Shown piece after piece: positions 24,101 to 36,427 of a DNA stretch of 64,000 nt. Both the position numbers and the translations under genes were made by a program. Location of the stretch: positions 29,949,693 to 30,013,692 of the forward strand of contig CM119264.1 in the NCBI GenBank assembly GCA_051294375.1. The letters run 5' to 3'. Below the pieces are notes generated by a model. It ran no database searches. It was given only the letters and a program-made list of their open reading frames with translations, and was not told the DNA's origin. This DNA comes from Paraspadella gotoi. Lineage: Eukaryota; Animalia; Chaetognatha. Each line of letters opens with the position of its first letter. Position 1 is the first letter of the stretch.

Positions 24101-26421
24101 NNNNNNNNNNNNNNNNNNNNNNNNNNNNNNNNNNNATCGTCCCGCGGAAATTCCCTTCAGAATTTTCTGCGCTTTTTCTTATTACTATGACCGCGCGGTG
24201 GATTATGGACTCATACAGGATAAGAAGGGTGAGAGAGCGCGAAAGGGCCTTACCCCAGAGGAAGTACGATGAGGCGAAAAGGGCCTTAACCAGAGAAGAG
24301 CGATGAGGCGAGAAGGGCCTTAAACAGAGAGAGCGATGAGGCGAGAAGGGCCCTTACCCTGAGAAGAGCGATGAGGCGAGAAGGGCCTTAAACGAGAAGA
24401 GCGATGAGGCGAGAAGGGCCTTACCCTGAGAAGAGCGATGAGGCGAGAAGGGCCTTAAACAGAGAAGAGCGATGAGGCGAGAAGGGCCTGATTGATGGGT
24501 GAAAAAGATTCACCCTGTGACAAGGATGGAGACTTAGGGAGAGTTTTGGATAGAATGGCTTATCGTGGACAACTTAAGTCAATAATTAAAAAAGTGTTAT
24601 CCGTGACAAAGTAAAGTGAGCAAAGTAGCGAGATGGGGTATTGGCTATATTTTCCAAAAAGCGACCGATTTCAGCTGAAATTAAAAGCTGGAGCCGAGCA
24701 TTTTTATTTCGGCTCCGGCTCCAGCTCAGGCTCCAGCCAAATAAAAATTCTGGCTCTGGCTCCGGCTCCGGCAAAAAAGCTCGGCTCCGGCGGCTCCAGC
24801 TCCGACTCCGGCTCCACTGGATTAATAATTTAATAAAAAATTTAAATTAGATATTAAAGTTGAAATTAAATTTGGGAAAAGAAGTCTATTCCGAAAATAG
24901 TGCCTTGGATGAAAATAAAATACTCGAAAGCCATGAGGCGTAACTTGATAACGAGAACATGAGCAGAATTTTCTTTGTTTAAATTTTTTTCTTTCTCGCC
25001 TGACTGGATTAAAATATGGAAAAATAATAAATCCGATTATTTTTTGCTGAAACCTGACGCTTAGTTTTTTTCTTTCTTTATCCTTTTTTTAGTAATTTGT
25101 TTAGTGAGATTCGGGAAATTAAAAAGAAAAAAAAAAGATTTTCAACTCATATTAATGAAGTTTGAAAGATGCGCGTTAGGAATAAATTAATTTTTGTGTA
25201 GCAGAGTAGCTTTGGTTCATAGCAATGAAGTACCCTTTAGAAACATTCAAAATGAATCTAAATGAATCTAAATTCACAATTAACGTAGTTTCGGTCACCA
25301 GGGAAGAGGAATTTTTTTCCTTTTTTTTCTCTCCTGCATTTTTCTTCTTTTTTTCCCTTCTGCTCGTCATCAGTTTTTTCTTTCCATTTTTAAGTTTTTA
25401 TTTTTTTCCCTTTTTTTTCTTACGAAACGACAGGCAACTGAAATGTTCTGACGTTTTCTCTGAAGTATTTCAGATAACGCTCTCCGCGAAAAATGCTTTT
25501 ACTTTTAGCGTTTTAAAGTCTTAAGTGTATTTTTTCTTGTTTTTTCCGATCTCTATATGTTATATAGAAAATGAACCTTTAAATAACAAATAAACTTATC
25601 AAACTACGTAAAAGTAAAAACGGCTTCTCAAGCGTAAATTTTAAAAAAATTTAGTTTTAAAAATTAGTGGTGTCGAAACTTTTAAAAATATAAATTTTAA
25701 CGAAAAAACAATTTTCCCTCATCAGCTTTTTATTTTTGAAATTTATTTAAAAACGATTCTTTCAGGTTAAGCTATTAGCTGTATTTTGAAGGAAAGCGGG
25801 TTAAAAAGAGTAAGACGAGGTTAAAAAAAGAAAAACTAAAAATAGAGCGTCCAAAAAGAGAGAGTCAAAAAGGGGTCTAAAAATGAGAGTCTAAAAAAGA
25901 GAGAGTATAAAAAAGAGAGCGGGTAAAAACTTTTGGTTCTGACCCATTCACGATTCCCTTTTTTCACATCGTATCTCCCAGGGGGCGTGGTGCCAGTGTC
26001 TGCTTTTGGCGCCGCCGCGGTCCTCGCCTGCCGTCACCAGCACCGCCGGCCCCTTCACCCGTTCCTCTGTTTCGATCTCACGTACATTCACACTTTGCTC
26101 ACGACGGGTTTTGGGCTCGAGGTGAGAGAAAATGTTTTTGGGCTTGAGGTGAGAGAAAGAAATGTGAGGGAGTGAAGCCTTTTTTTAACTTGACAACTGG
26201 AATTTCGTCCGCTACCGATAAATCGATAATTCTTTGCATCTAACTGTCTGTCTTTCTCTATCGTTCTTTGTCTGTCTGTCTGTCTTTCTCTCTCTCTGTC
26301 TCTCTGACTCTCTCTCTCTTTTTTCCAGGGCGAAACCGAACTAGTTCTCCGACGCAAAATCAAAGGGAGGGAATCCTCTTGGGGTCTTGGGGCCGCGATT
26401 GTCCTTCTTACACAAAATTGA
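8623..26421 (+). CDS. Ectonucleoside triphosphate diphosphohydrolase 5/6-like (GDA1/CD39 apyrase family), multi-exon, 5' end unresolved
   Basis: Exons 8623-8996 (ACR1 HAVVFDCGSTGSRVHVF), 11306-11394 (LLEEAKNSIPRRKWNETLLTLK), ~12498-12526 (SSPFLVKR), 12961-13075 (ACR3 SGVDEGIFAWLTVNFL), ~14523-14618 (ACR4 LDLGGGSTQITF), 14819-14934 (LYTKSYLGYGL), ~24136-24228 (FCAFSYYYDRAVD), 25982-26121 (PFLCFDLTYI), 26329-26421 (ACR5 SWGLGA, stop). ACR2 is presumably inside an N gap. Confidence 0.92.
10700..11330. repeat. 70-93 bp minisatellite (8 copies) containing the polypyrimidine tract and 3' splice site of the 11306 exon
   Basis: TTCCTCCATCTCARGYGCC..CCAAAG near 10738, 10817, 10896, 10979, 11050, 11120, 11213 and 11297. 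Confidence 0.9.
12498..12732. repeat. 117-bp tandem duplication spanning an exon end
   Basis: GATGTCCTCACCCTTCCTTGTCAAACGAGGAAAGTAAAGT at 12498 and 12615. Confidence 0.9.
13057..13335. repeat. ~100-bp tandem repeat (3 copies) containing a 5' splice site
   Basis: GAATTCTC....AG|GTGAGA.GATGATGACAGAAA with GT at 13076, 13175 and 13275. Confidence 0.9.
16706..22598 (+). mobile_element. DIRS1-like tyrosine-recombinase retrotransposon (gag?/RT/RNaseH/methyltransferase-like/YR) with inverted terminal repeats, intronic, frameshifted as assembled
   Basis: RT motifs IFLVPKKDGGWRP(ILNLK) ~19520-19575, LPFGLATGP ~19786 and (Y)LDDI ~19895. MT-like ALSQSW..AYVFP..LIPKVIIKL..LVTPFWP ~21050-21190. YR FLLCHGSARRPSEL ~21810-21855. 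Bases 16740-16870 are the reverse complement of 22413-22545. Confidence 0.9.
24230..24490. repeat. ~31-bp minisatellite GAGAAGAGCGATGAGGCGAGAAGGGCCTTA(AAC/CCC) starting at an ENTPD donor site
   Basis: About 8 adjacent copies; a noisy duplicate lies at 23450-23623. Confidence 0.85.
24686..24820. repeat. GGCTCC-hexamer-rich element with internal hairpin (MITE-like remnant)
   Basis: AGCTGGAGCCGAGC...TTCGGCTCCGGCT hairpin followed by (GGCTCC)n-type tracts. Confidence 0.5.
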
Positions 26422-27347
26422 CTCGCGCCAAAAATTTGCGTCAAATGTATTACGTCAACCCAAAACTATCAAAACGCCACGGAATTACACGTTTATGAAT
26501 GGATTGTAAGAGATGTTTATTACGTTGCAAATTTATAACTATCGATTGTCTCTTTGTTTATTTCTTTTTTTACTAGTAATTTCCTCAAAAAACACAACTT
26601 TTAATTAAATCGAAGAAAATGTGTATTTTTAACAGAGCGAGAATGTAAGGGGGGGAAAGTAATCTTAATAACTGGGATTTCAGATCACGAGGACACAAAA
26701 TATCAGAATTCGATGAACTATAAACAATTTTTTGCATGCACAAATTTCGAGTGATGAAAATAAAAAAGAAAGAAAAAAAGATAAACAAGTTTGAGCAAAT
26801 ACAATGTCGGATCTTCCTACGATTAATTAATTAATTAATGATTTAATTAATTAATTAATAGATTAATTAATTAATTAATTAATAGATTAATTAATTAATA
26901 GTTAATAATAATTAATAGATTAATTATAATTTTATTCAGCTTGTCATTCAATCGATGTCTTTAATTTGAGTCAGACAGTTTATTAAATGTTTTGTTTTAC
27001 ATTTTATCAAAACAAACAAATATCCTCTATTATTCGAGCCAAGGCGGCATAAGCCCGTCCTGTCTAGATTTTTTTTCGGTTTAGCTTTCGGGTCTCGCAT
27101 TTCTTTTGCAATCATGGCTTTTCTGAAAGTGTATATCATAGGGAGTTGGAATTTTTCATATATGGCTTCTAATCATCAAGATCTTTAAAATTTCTCAGTT
27201 TCATATCAAATATTGGTAATTTGTTTATTGTTTTATTTACCGAAAACAAACGTTCTTAATTATATGTCGCTCTCTCTCTCTCTCTTTTTCTCCGTCACTG
27301 CTTTCTTTTCTAAAAACGAGTTCCGGCTCGTGCAGCGTCTGTCCAAG

Positions 27348-27397
<50 letters not shown>

Positions 27398-27629
27398 CTT
27401 CTTTACAAAAATTTTTTAAGATATAATGTGGGTTCACTAATGTATAAAAAATGATGCCGCGAGACAGGGCACGAAACCCGTCCTTTGGGTAAGAATAGCT
27501 CACGCTACGGGGCGCCATAATACTGCTGATTTTTTAACGAGTTAAAGGGGCTGTTAGAAGGGTTCTCTTCTCTCTCTCTTTTAATTATATATATCGCTCT
27601 TTCTCTTTCTTTTTCTTCTGCAGCGGCTG

Positions 27630-27661
<32 letters not shown>

Positions 27662-27918
27662 GTGTCTCTCTGTCTCTCTGTGCTGTGTTTTCCCTATCTG
27701 TTCGATTCTTTTGCGTATCGTTTGTTTTTGAAAATTCTGATTATTTTTTTTCCTTCTAAAAACTTTTTATATTTGCCATTTTATTCCGCGCTTTTTTTTC
27801 AATACAAAATTTCCCATATTTTCATCCGAATTTTCGTGGATTTATTCTCTTTTCCTTATCTCTCTCTCTCTCTCTCTCGTCTCTCTTTCTCTCTTCCTCT
27901 CTTTCTTTCTCCTCTCTC

Positions 27919-27955
<37 letters not shown>

Positions 27956-28629
27956 ACTCATTACACGCATTTTGTTTTTGTTTTATGACTATCATCGCTC
28001 ACATGAATGACAATCATCGCATCCAATTGAATGACTAATTCATCGCACTCAACCTGATATGACTATCATCACAGCAGTGCGGAATGACTATCATCGCATC
28101 AATAATTGATTACTCATCGAATCAATAATCAATTCCTATCTCATCAAAATAAATTACTATTACATCAATCAATTAGTATTACCTCAATCAATTACTAGTA
28201 CATCAACAATTCGTTATTCGCATGATTCATTCGGTTTTTTTCCCGGGTTTTTTCATATAATTTTCTATGATAGTGGGCTCTGGCTCGAATCTTGAGTCTT
28301 TAAGATTTTTTTGTATATTTATCGTTCCTTCTCTCTCTCTCTCTCTCACTCTCTCTCTTTTCGTCTCTCACTCCTCTCTCTCTCTCACTTCTCTCTTTCT
28401 CTCTCTCTCTCTCTCTCTTCTTATGAAACATAGTGACGATCTCTACTGCTTCTTAAGATTTATTTTAACTTGCATCATATTTTCAACCTTGCATAATTTC
28501 TTGTTCAATTTGCCATTCCGTCACATCAAACTTTAATATCTAGCTTCTTCACTCACTTTCCTACCGGCTCACAAAATTCCATCTCAATCTATCATGGGTC
28601 TAAGAATAAATAAAAAGATCAAGTAAATG

Positions 28630-29560
28630 TGACTCATAGTTTTTCATTCTAAAACTCATTTCCACTGTACGTTCTCACTGAAACTCTCTAATATAAAGCT
28701 TCGTCATACGTTTCCTCACCCACACACAAAATTTCAACAAATCTATCCATCCAATTATGACTTAATTGGAGTATTTATGGTAATCAAATAAAAGATTTTA
28801 GTAAATTCGATCTATGTTTCTTTCCATTTAAAAACTTAATTCCCACTCATACGATTCATCCGAAATTTATATCCAGCTGTATTCACACACCTTTCCTACA
28901 CCACAACACAAATTTAATTTCAGATCCAACCAGCCAATCACGAGTATATTGAGCTTTTTGCTAAGAATGGGAACGGGCATGGACGGGCATGATTGACTAA
29001 TTAAATCTAATTGATGTAACCTTTATTACTACTTAGAATTAAATAATCTTGATTAATTATTTGATATCTAATTAATACAACCATGCCAGATAACAGCATC
29101 TTAGAAATAATACAACACGGAAAAGAAACAGCATAATCAATTGTAAATACAGGTTTTTTGTTCTTTCCATTTAAACTCATTTCCACTCAAACTATTTCCA
29201 TTCGAAACTGATTTCCTGTTCAATCACACACTTCTAGCCCACATATCAAAAATGGCAGTGTCAATCAGCCCATACCACTACATGTCAGCAAATTGGCTGT
29301 TTCAAACTAGGTGAATTATATTTTTTGTTTTTTTCCATTTAAACTTTCATTTTCCACTCGGACGATCACATCGACAACTTTCACTATCCCAGCTCAAATC
29401 ACACAACTTACCTATCCACACACAAAAATTTCATTTAAATCCATCATCCAATCCGAGTTAATTGGTGCTTTTATTGCTAAGGTGGGCACGGAACGGACGG
29501 ACGGACGGACGACGGACGGATCAGACAGGACGGACGGCACGGACATCATTTTTGCATCAA
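28630..29560 (+). mobile_element. Non-autonomous repeat with internal ~170-bp subrepeats and a (CGGA)n tail (Helitron/Helentron-associated-like)
   Basis: Unit TTTCCATTTAAACTCATTTCCACT...CACAAAATTT...ATCCA..CCAAT at ~28640, 28815, 29158 and 29325; GGACGG tails at ~28970 and 29485-29545. Confidence 0.5.
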
Positions 29561-30111
29561 TTATCATAAATTCGATTGTTCTGACATGATATAAGTGTTG
29601 TGCCACGACAATATTGAGGGGCGGAACCGACGCGACCGAAACAAGTGCAGTTATAAAAACGTGAGTTATAGAGTCGGGATCATGTGATAAGCAGATCCGA
29701 CTTAAAAAAGGCGCCGGATTGGAGGGGGAAGAGAAAGAGAGAGAGATGAGACGACGTGAGAAGGAGAGAGAGAGAGAGAGAGAGAGACGAGAGCAGAGAG
29801 AGAGTAGAATGGGGCGTTCCAATACGATTAGCACTTTTCATTTCCGACCGCTCGGACGTCCCGCAGCGTAAGATTTAGTTATTTTCGTCTCCATGGAGAC
29901 TCACTTCTTCCGCCCGAACTGTTGAAAACCTGAAGATGATGATGTCGTGACGTTCATGATGATTCGCAGGCTGCATGATCTGCAGCAAGCCACGGGCCAC
30001 GCCAGCACAGACCCGGACGACAAGCGAGGATACACAGGTGAATGAGGCGATGGCTGCGTCCGAATCGGCTCATGATGAAGAAGAGAAGCACGGAGCAGGC
30101 CTGGAGCGGAG

Positions 30112-30315
30112 GGGAGATGGTAATTGGAGGTGGCATTGGAGATGGTAAAAAGAGGTGGCATTGGAGATGGTAATGGTAGTGGCATTGGGAGATGGATAAA
30201 AGAGGTGGCATTGGAGATGGTAAAAAGAGGTGGCATTGGAGATGGTAAAAGAGAGGTGAAATTAGAGATGGTAATTGGAGGTGGCATTGAAGTGGTGACA
30301 TCATTGGAGATGGTA
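30112..30315. repeat. 24-bp-like minisatellite GGTGGCATTGGAGATGGTAAAAAGA
   Basis: About 8 degenerate copies. Confidence 0.8.
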
Positions 30316-30459
30316 GTGAGGTGTATTCATAGATTACGAATGAAACATAATAATAATGACACATTAACGTATATATAACATCAATAATACATCGAAATAT
30401 TGGAGTCGGGCATTGCATAAGTTCACCCCGCCCACTTTGCGCCTTGTCCACATACTTAC

Positions 30460-33400
30460 CAATAGATAAAGCAGAAACAATGAAAGCCTCCGCTGCCGAA
30501 TGGTAGAAAAACAGTTTTTTCATTAAAAGAACCGAACAGAGACCTGATTGAACGAAATGAGACGACGTAAATTAATAAACTTAACCTATATATCATAACT
30601 TATAAGAATCACCGATGTCATTTTGTTTCTTTTAGTTTCACCTGCAAACGCTAGAATGCTGCCAAGGAGGTTCATGATGAGAGAGGCAAACAAAAGGCCA
30701 GCGACGACGTTGTGCCATTCTATTCAATAGAAAACGTATTAATTAAAACTAATACGAAATCAATAAAGTGTATACATAATTTTATCCTTAATTTACCCCT
30801 TCTCGCAAAGTTTTTACACTCTTCGACGCTTTGTGTGACGTTAAAGTCGAAACATTGCGTGAAAAGTCCGCGTGAGATTTTTCCGAATTCGCTCGAATGT
30901 AGCGTCCACTTTTCCATCCCTAGAAAAATAAAGCAAAAAAAAAAATGAAACAAAAAGTCCTAAATAAAAACTAAAGTAAACTATTGAATAAACAAAATCA
31001 AAATAAACTAAACCTAAGCAAAATAAATTAAAAATGGCTGACGGAACCTGCTGCCGTGCAGACGAGGATTAATGCCGCGACTGAGAGACAAACTCCAAGT
31101 TTTCTCGATCCGCTAATGACGGCGCTTTCCTAGCAAAAAGTGGGAGGGCTGAATTTAACAAAGGGTCATTACTTTAATTCCTTTTCATTCCAGCCAATTA
31201 TCAATTATCAAAGGTCACAAGATGCAGGTGTCCGAAATTCAACAAACAGTTTTTTTTCCTAACAAATACGATAATGGACAGATTTATTGTTTAATTCACT
31301 TTTTAAACATACACGATGCGCGATGCACTAACTTCCTTTAGGTTAAACCCTGAATGTCGTTCTTAAAGTGACCGAGAGGGAGAGAGGGTCGCGACGCCCC
31401 TCATGTGGTTATTCGGCCCTTCACTCTTTTGCAAGGACTGTTAAAGAACAGGGTTAGAACCCGGAACCACTGGAACAGTCATATATCCAAGGGGTCGCGA
31501 TATTACTTAAATAAAGTCTAGACTTTTCTCTTATCTTCATTGTATCAGACCCTCATCGTTTCTCACCCCAAACAAAACTGACTCAACGGAACGAGCCTCA
31601 CCTAATTGTGCTTTTTTCAATCAAATTAAACTTACCTTTAACTCCTCGGCTGCCTTCTTGAGCGCGTACTCGTCTTCACTGTCGCTGTCACTCTCGAAAA
31701 TCTTTGGTCTGTCGTCCACTTGGGCTGAGATGGTTTTTAACTGAAAGAAAAATTAGCATCTCGTAATACTTGGGTCAGAGCGCCCGGTGTCTGTCTGTCT
31801 CTCAGTCTGTCTATCTGTCTCTCTCTCTCTCACGATCAAAATTCATAGTTTATAAATTAAAAATTAAAAATTAAACAAACTTTTAGAGAAGTGTAATCAG
31901 GAACTGATAAACTTACAAATCCAAGACTGGAGATTAAATTGTGGATAAACAATTGATTTGGATTATTTTCTGCCAAATTGAAGAGTAGAAACCCTAGCTT
32001 AACTGTTTTTAAAATTTTGTATTCTATTTTGAGAGAGACAGAACTTCTGTGAAATGTTAAATCACCCGAATTATTTTCCTTTTTTTTCGTCTTATCATGT
32101 AGAAGCCAAATCAATTGCATATCAACATTTAATATCTCTACGGTCTGCACCCTAATCCATTCGCCAATATACCTTTTCTTCTTTGAGCTTCGAGCGTATT
32201 CAGGATCGATAAACTTGGACGCTTCCTTTTTGCTTTTTTAATGGCCTGACGTGACGTGTCGTGTTTTAACTTTTCTTCTGCCATCAACCGCTCTTCGAGT
32301 TTCTTCATCCTGAAATAAAAATTACAATTGGCTAATTAGTGTAACACAATTACATTAACGTGCTTACTTTATGGTCAGAAATTTTGGCTTTTAAAATTTT
32401 ATCATCTTTTTTTTTTGCCAGCGAGCGAGAGGATATAAAAGAATATGGTATAAAAAAGTGCTTATATAAATATTTAAAAGATGTATGTGCAAATTGTGCA
32501 TTTTCGCGCGAAATAGAAGGAAAATGCCAAAAAATGTCCAGGGCGACAAAAACTGTCAGCAATAGAATGGCACCGAATGTAACTGCAACTGTAAGGGCAG
32601 AAAACACTGCGCGAAATTATAATTCCACCTTTGTCACTGTCACCTGTGACATGTACTTTCACGGTAGGACTGACGTCGACTCTCGAACATACCTGTCTTG
32701 ATAGAACTGACGTCGACTCTCGAACATACCTGATACTGATAGACTGACGTCGACTCTAGAACATACCTGTCTTGATAGGACTGACGTCGACTTTTCGACC
32801 AGTTCATCCATTTCGACTGCGCTTCCGATTTGGGAGGAGGAGTCTTGAGGAAGAGGAAGCGTAGGCCGCCGACTGAAGGGAGGGTTCGGGAGCGTTCTCG
32901 AAAAGGAAGTTAAAGTCGGTGCCTGGAATTAAAATTAAGGGGAGGGGAGTCGGGTAACATGTAAACAAAAACGGAAGACAAATAGAAAAAACTGTAGTGA
33001 CGTAATGCTCGTCTGATACGACCGTTCTTTTCATCGGCGCCGTAATAGCGCACTTGGCTGATGCTTTTAGTCTGAGTTCAATGGTTCCGGGTTCTAGCCC
33101 TGGTGGGAACGGTCCTTGCAAAAGAGTGACAGATCCGAGGTTCCGGAAAGCAAGGCAACTGACTCTTTGGGCACACTAAGTGTGGGACCTATCCATACTA
33201 GCAAAGGCACGGCGACTTCATAACAATTCACGATTGAAACAAAGCAATAGTGAAGAGAACCAGAGAAGGTTTTGTGGGGGTATATAAGTATGGAGCCCTT
33301 AATCCACAATAGCCTAAAGTGAGGAGGCAAAGTAATGTCTACAAAGTGACATTAAGCACATTTTTAATAAAAGAAATTTCAGTTAAATCAAAGTGAAATA

Positions 33401-33839
33401 AAATAAAATGATAAAATGAATACTCAGAAACTGTTTTTTAATTCACGGACGAAACAGGGCAACTACGAATGAATAAGTCGAGACAAAACTTAATGCAATA
33501 AAACCAGTTTGATTATGTGGATACAAGCTGTCGAACCACCTGACACAAACAGCTGAATCACGTTTTAAGTAATGTACATACTTATACTTATACTTACATA
33601 CTTATACTTTCCGTATAAACTCCAAAAGAGAGATATACCGCACTTTTCTACTTTTGGCATTCGTGCGAAACAATTACATTTCAGTCACGACTGAACTGAG
33701 GCAATATCTCGCTCTCCAACTGTTTCGGTTCCACAAAAATCGATATAACGATTAAACAAACGAAACCGGGTTGACCAGAATATAAATTCGCAAACTTACT
33801 GTCAGTTTCCTCGTTATTGTTGTCCACTTTTGGATCCAT
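30460..33839 (-). CDS. Claudin/PMP22-family (TMEM47-like) tetraspan membrane protein, 3' exons unresolved
   Basis: Phase-consistent exons 33839-33800, 32872-32767, 32309-32151, 31926-31917, 31740-31636, 31129-31048 (TM1 LGVCLSVAALILVCTAAG), 30919-30797 (W...RGLFTQC...C extracellular-loop signature), 30719-30642 (TM2) and 30543-30460 (FYHSAAEAFIVSALSI, TM3). Confidence 0.7.
31420..31480 (-). mobile_element. Partial copy of a tRNA-derived SINE
   Basis: Reverse complement TGGTTCCGGGTTCTAACCCTG...GTCCTTGCAAAAGAGTGA matches 33082-33129. Confidence 0.6.
32666..32792. repeat. 37-bp tandem repeat carrying three copies of a 5' splice site
   Basis: GACTGACGTCGACTCT.GAACATACCTG; minus-strand AG|GTATGT at 32766, 32729 and 32692. 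Confidence 0.9.
33039..33200 (+). mobile_element. tRNA-derived SINE (head plus body)
   Basis: A-box TAGCGCACTTGG and B-box GGTTCTAGCCC without a canonical cloverleaf. The sequence downstream is shared with a second copy at 31420-31480. The 3' end is uncertain. Confidence 0.6.
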
Positions 33840-34219
33840 TTTCAATGTGACGATTTACACGGGATAAAAAGTAGAAACGCCAGCCAGTGGCGGCTTTAAC
33901 CGATCAAAAAAAAACAAAAAAAAAACCCGATGCTAAGGAAATAAGGATAATTTTCGACGCTGCAACTTTTTCCGTGTTGCCGACGAGAGTCGGACAGAGA
34001 ACATTTTCGTCACGGTTGTTATTTCATTCGTCTCGCTCTCTGTCTCTCTCTCTCTTTCACTGGCTCGATTTCGTAAGACCACTTTGGAGTTATTGTTGAT
34101 TTAAAACTTCGTAGAATGAGAAGCGAATATAATGAGAAAAAACTTTAAAAGGTTCGAGGCAAACAGGTTTTTCGTTCGACCGCTCGCTATTCTTTCTGGA
34201 AGAGAATGTAGAAAGAGAG

Positions 34220-34285
<66 letters not shown>

Positions 34286-36427
34286 AAATCCGTAAAGCAC
34301 TAAAAAGGAGAAAAAATGTTTTGTAGGTCCGGGACACAAAAACCCGATGAGTAGAGGAAGGAGAAATAAAAAGAGGAATTGTGATTCGCTGCGAGGAAAA
34401 GAGAAAAGGTTTCGTGTTTAGAGCTTCAGTCCTCGCGACCAGAATGCATTATTTTATTAATCAAATTAACCGGGGAAAACTTCGGGGAATGGAGGACCGA
34501 GTCATAAATGCTCTTTTATTATTTTTTTTTAGTTCGCTTTTCGTGGCTTTCAAACTATACGTCTGGAAAATCGCTTTAGAAAATATTCGAGGCTTTTTAA
34601 ATACTGAAAATAATTGTTTGTTTTTCCGTAGACTAATAAAACTGCCGATTTGTATAGAGGCATAGTACAGTTAATAAACAAGCTACTTGCCTCCTGACTT
34701 TCGGACAGACAGTTAAAGGCTTCTTCAAGAATTCAAATAAATAAACAAAACCCCAAATCGCTTCCGTTATTTTAACTTCTATAACAATCATTATGACCTC
34801 ACGTGACATCATCACAAAAGTTACCTGACCATTTGACAGATGCACGTAAACACATTGATGACGTTCAAACCTCCGTGGGAAAACGCGAAAAGTTAATTAA
34901 GAAAAGAAAATAAGTTTCATCTAGTTTTTTTATAGAATTCATTTTGGTTTTTGGTTTTAATTTTGATATGATTCATTGATTGGTTTATTAGGTCTTTTCT
35001 TGACAAGAGTGAATAAAGAAACAAATTAATTAATTTTAATTTTATTCGCAGTGCAATATTTGATAATATTTCTGCCTAAAGTTATAAAAGGAAATGATGA
35101 ATGATTTACATGCATTAAAATGGCATTAACATATTGAGCTCCAAATAAAAAGTAGAATTAACACAAATTTGGTTCTCAATTAACTCATGATCGACCAAAT
35201 AAATAAACCGCTAATAATGATAGAAGAAGTTTAAGTTTCTTCCCGTTTCCCGCGTTTTGAGTTGGCGAAGTCTTGATTTGCATAGACGCGCGTTGATTGA
35301 AAATGACGATGACGACGATGATGACGACGATCTCAACTCGGGTTCATGAGTTTCACGAGTCACGGATTTTTCCGAGGAGAAAATGACGGTGAACGGCAAT
35401 GGTAAATGGTAACGGTGAACGGCAACGGAGTGAGACCGGATGGTTGGCAATGGTTCAATGGTGTCTGGCAAAGTCAATGGCGCTGAGAGATCCGTGGCAA
35501 TAAAGAGATTCCGTCCCAATGTCATGAATTTTGATGCTAAAGGATCGAAAGGATGGTAAACTTGCCAAGATGAAATGACAATGACGCATGGAAATGGTTT
35601 AAATGAAGAATGGAAATGATGCGCGGGTGGGCGTAAAATAGAGGTTGGTTTAAAGGCGATGGTAATCGTGGGAAAGTGCTTATTAATAATGAATGGCAAT
35701 GGTGCAATCGTTGTGGAAAAAGTTGAAGAAAATTATGTCTACTCTGTACTTCACTGTTATTTTTATGTCGTAGGAAACAACTTCATGAATATATGCACGT
35801 TAATTGGTTTTAATTGTATTTCTATATGTAAAGGTAGAGCAAAAGCATGTTCATAAGTAAATAAAACGCAGCAACTTCGTAAGCATAATACGTAACATTT
35901 AGAGGTAAGATGTTTATATTCAAAATCCTTGAGAAATCGTTTAGATCTTGCAAGTTGCAACATAACGGATAATTAAATTACAAAGTATAATATTCAGTAA
36001 TAAATAGGTATCACAGAAATTATGCAGAGGGTATCGATATCGATATATATGAATCAAAAGCAAATACTTTTATACTTAATAGTAAGCAGCGAAATATTGA
36101 TCCTGTTGTGTAATTTTTACGCAAAACAGGGCTTACTAAATACAGTTCTACACTGAGTTCTACAAGAGTAAAAAGACAGCAATCAATCTCTCGAATGAAA
36201 GCTGAAGTTTCAAAAAATTATAACTATCACTAACTCATACACAAGAACCGACTACTTAATTCCGATTAAATAAATCAGTCGTTTTTGAAAATAAATACTA
36301 TTCTAATTTACAAACAAAACAAAAATAAGGGCCCGAAACAAACGAAAATAAAACAAAACCAAAACAAAATCACAACAAAAACAAAATCACAACAAACGAT
36401 ACGATCCGTGCAAAAACCGAATAATTT

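Noticed and set aside
24240-24490. CRISPR-like or hammerhead-like repeat (GATGAGGCGAAAAGGGCC)
   Set aside because: No unique spacers, no cas genes, eukaryotic context; it lacks the complete CUGANGA and downstream GAAA core.
32190-32215. In-frame TGA (possible selenocysteine) in the claudin-like gene
   Set aside because: On recounting the A-runs, the TGA is not in the coding frame; the exon is open.
33039-33115. Functional tRNA gene
   Set aside because: A and B boxes are present but acceptor and anticodon stems do not pair properly, and the downstream body is shared with another copy, indicating a SINE.
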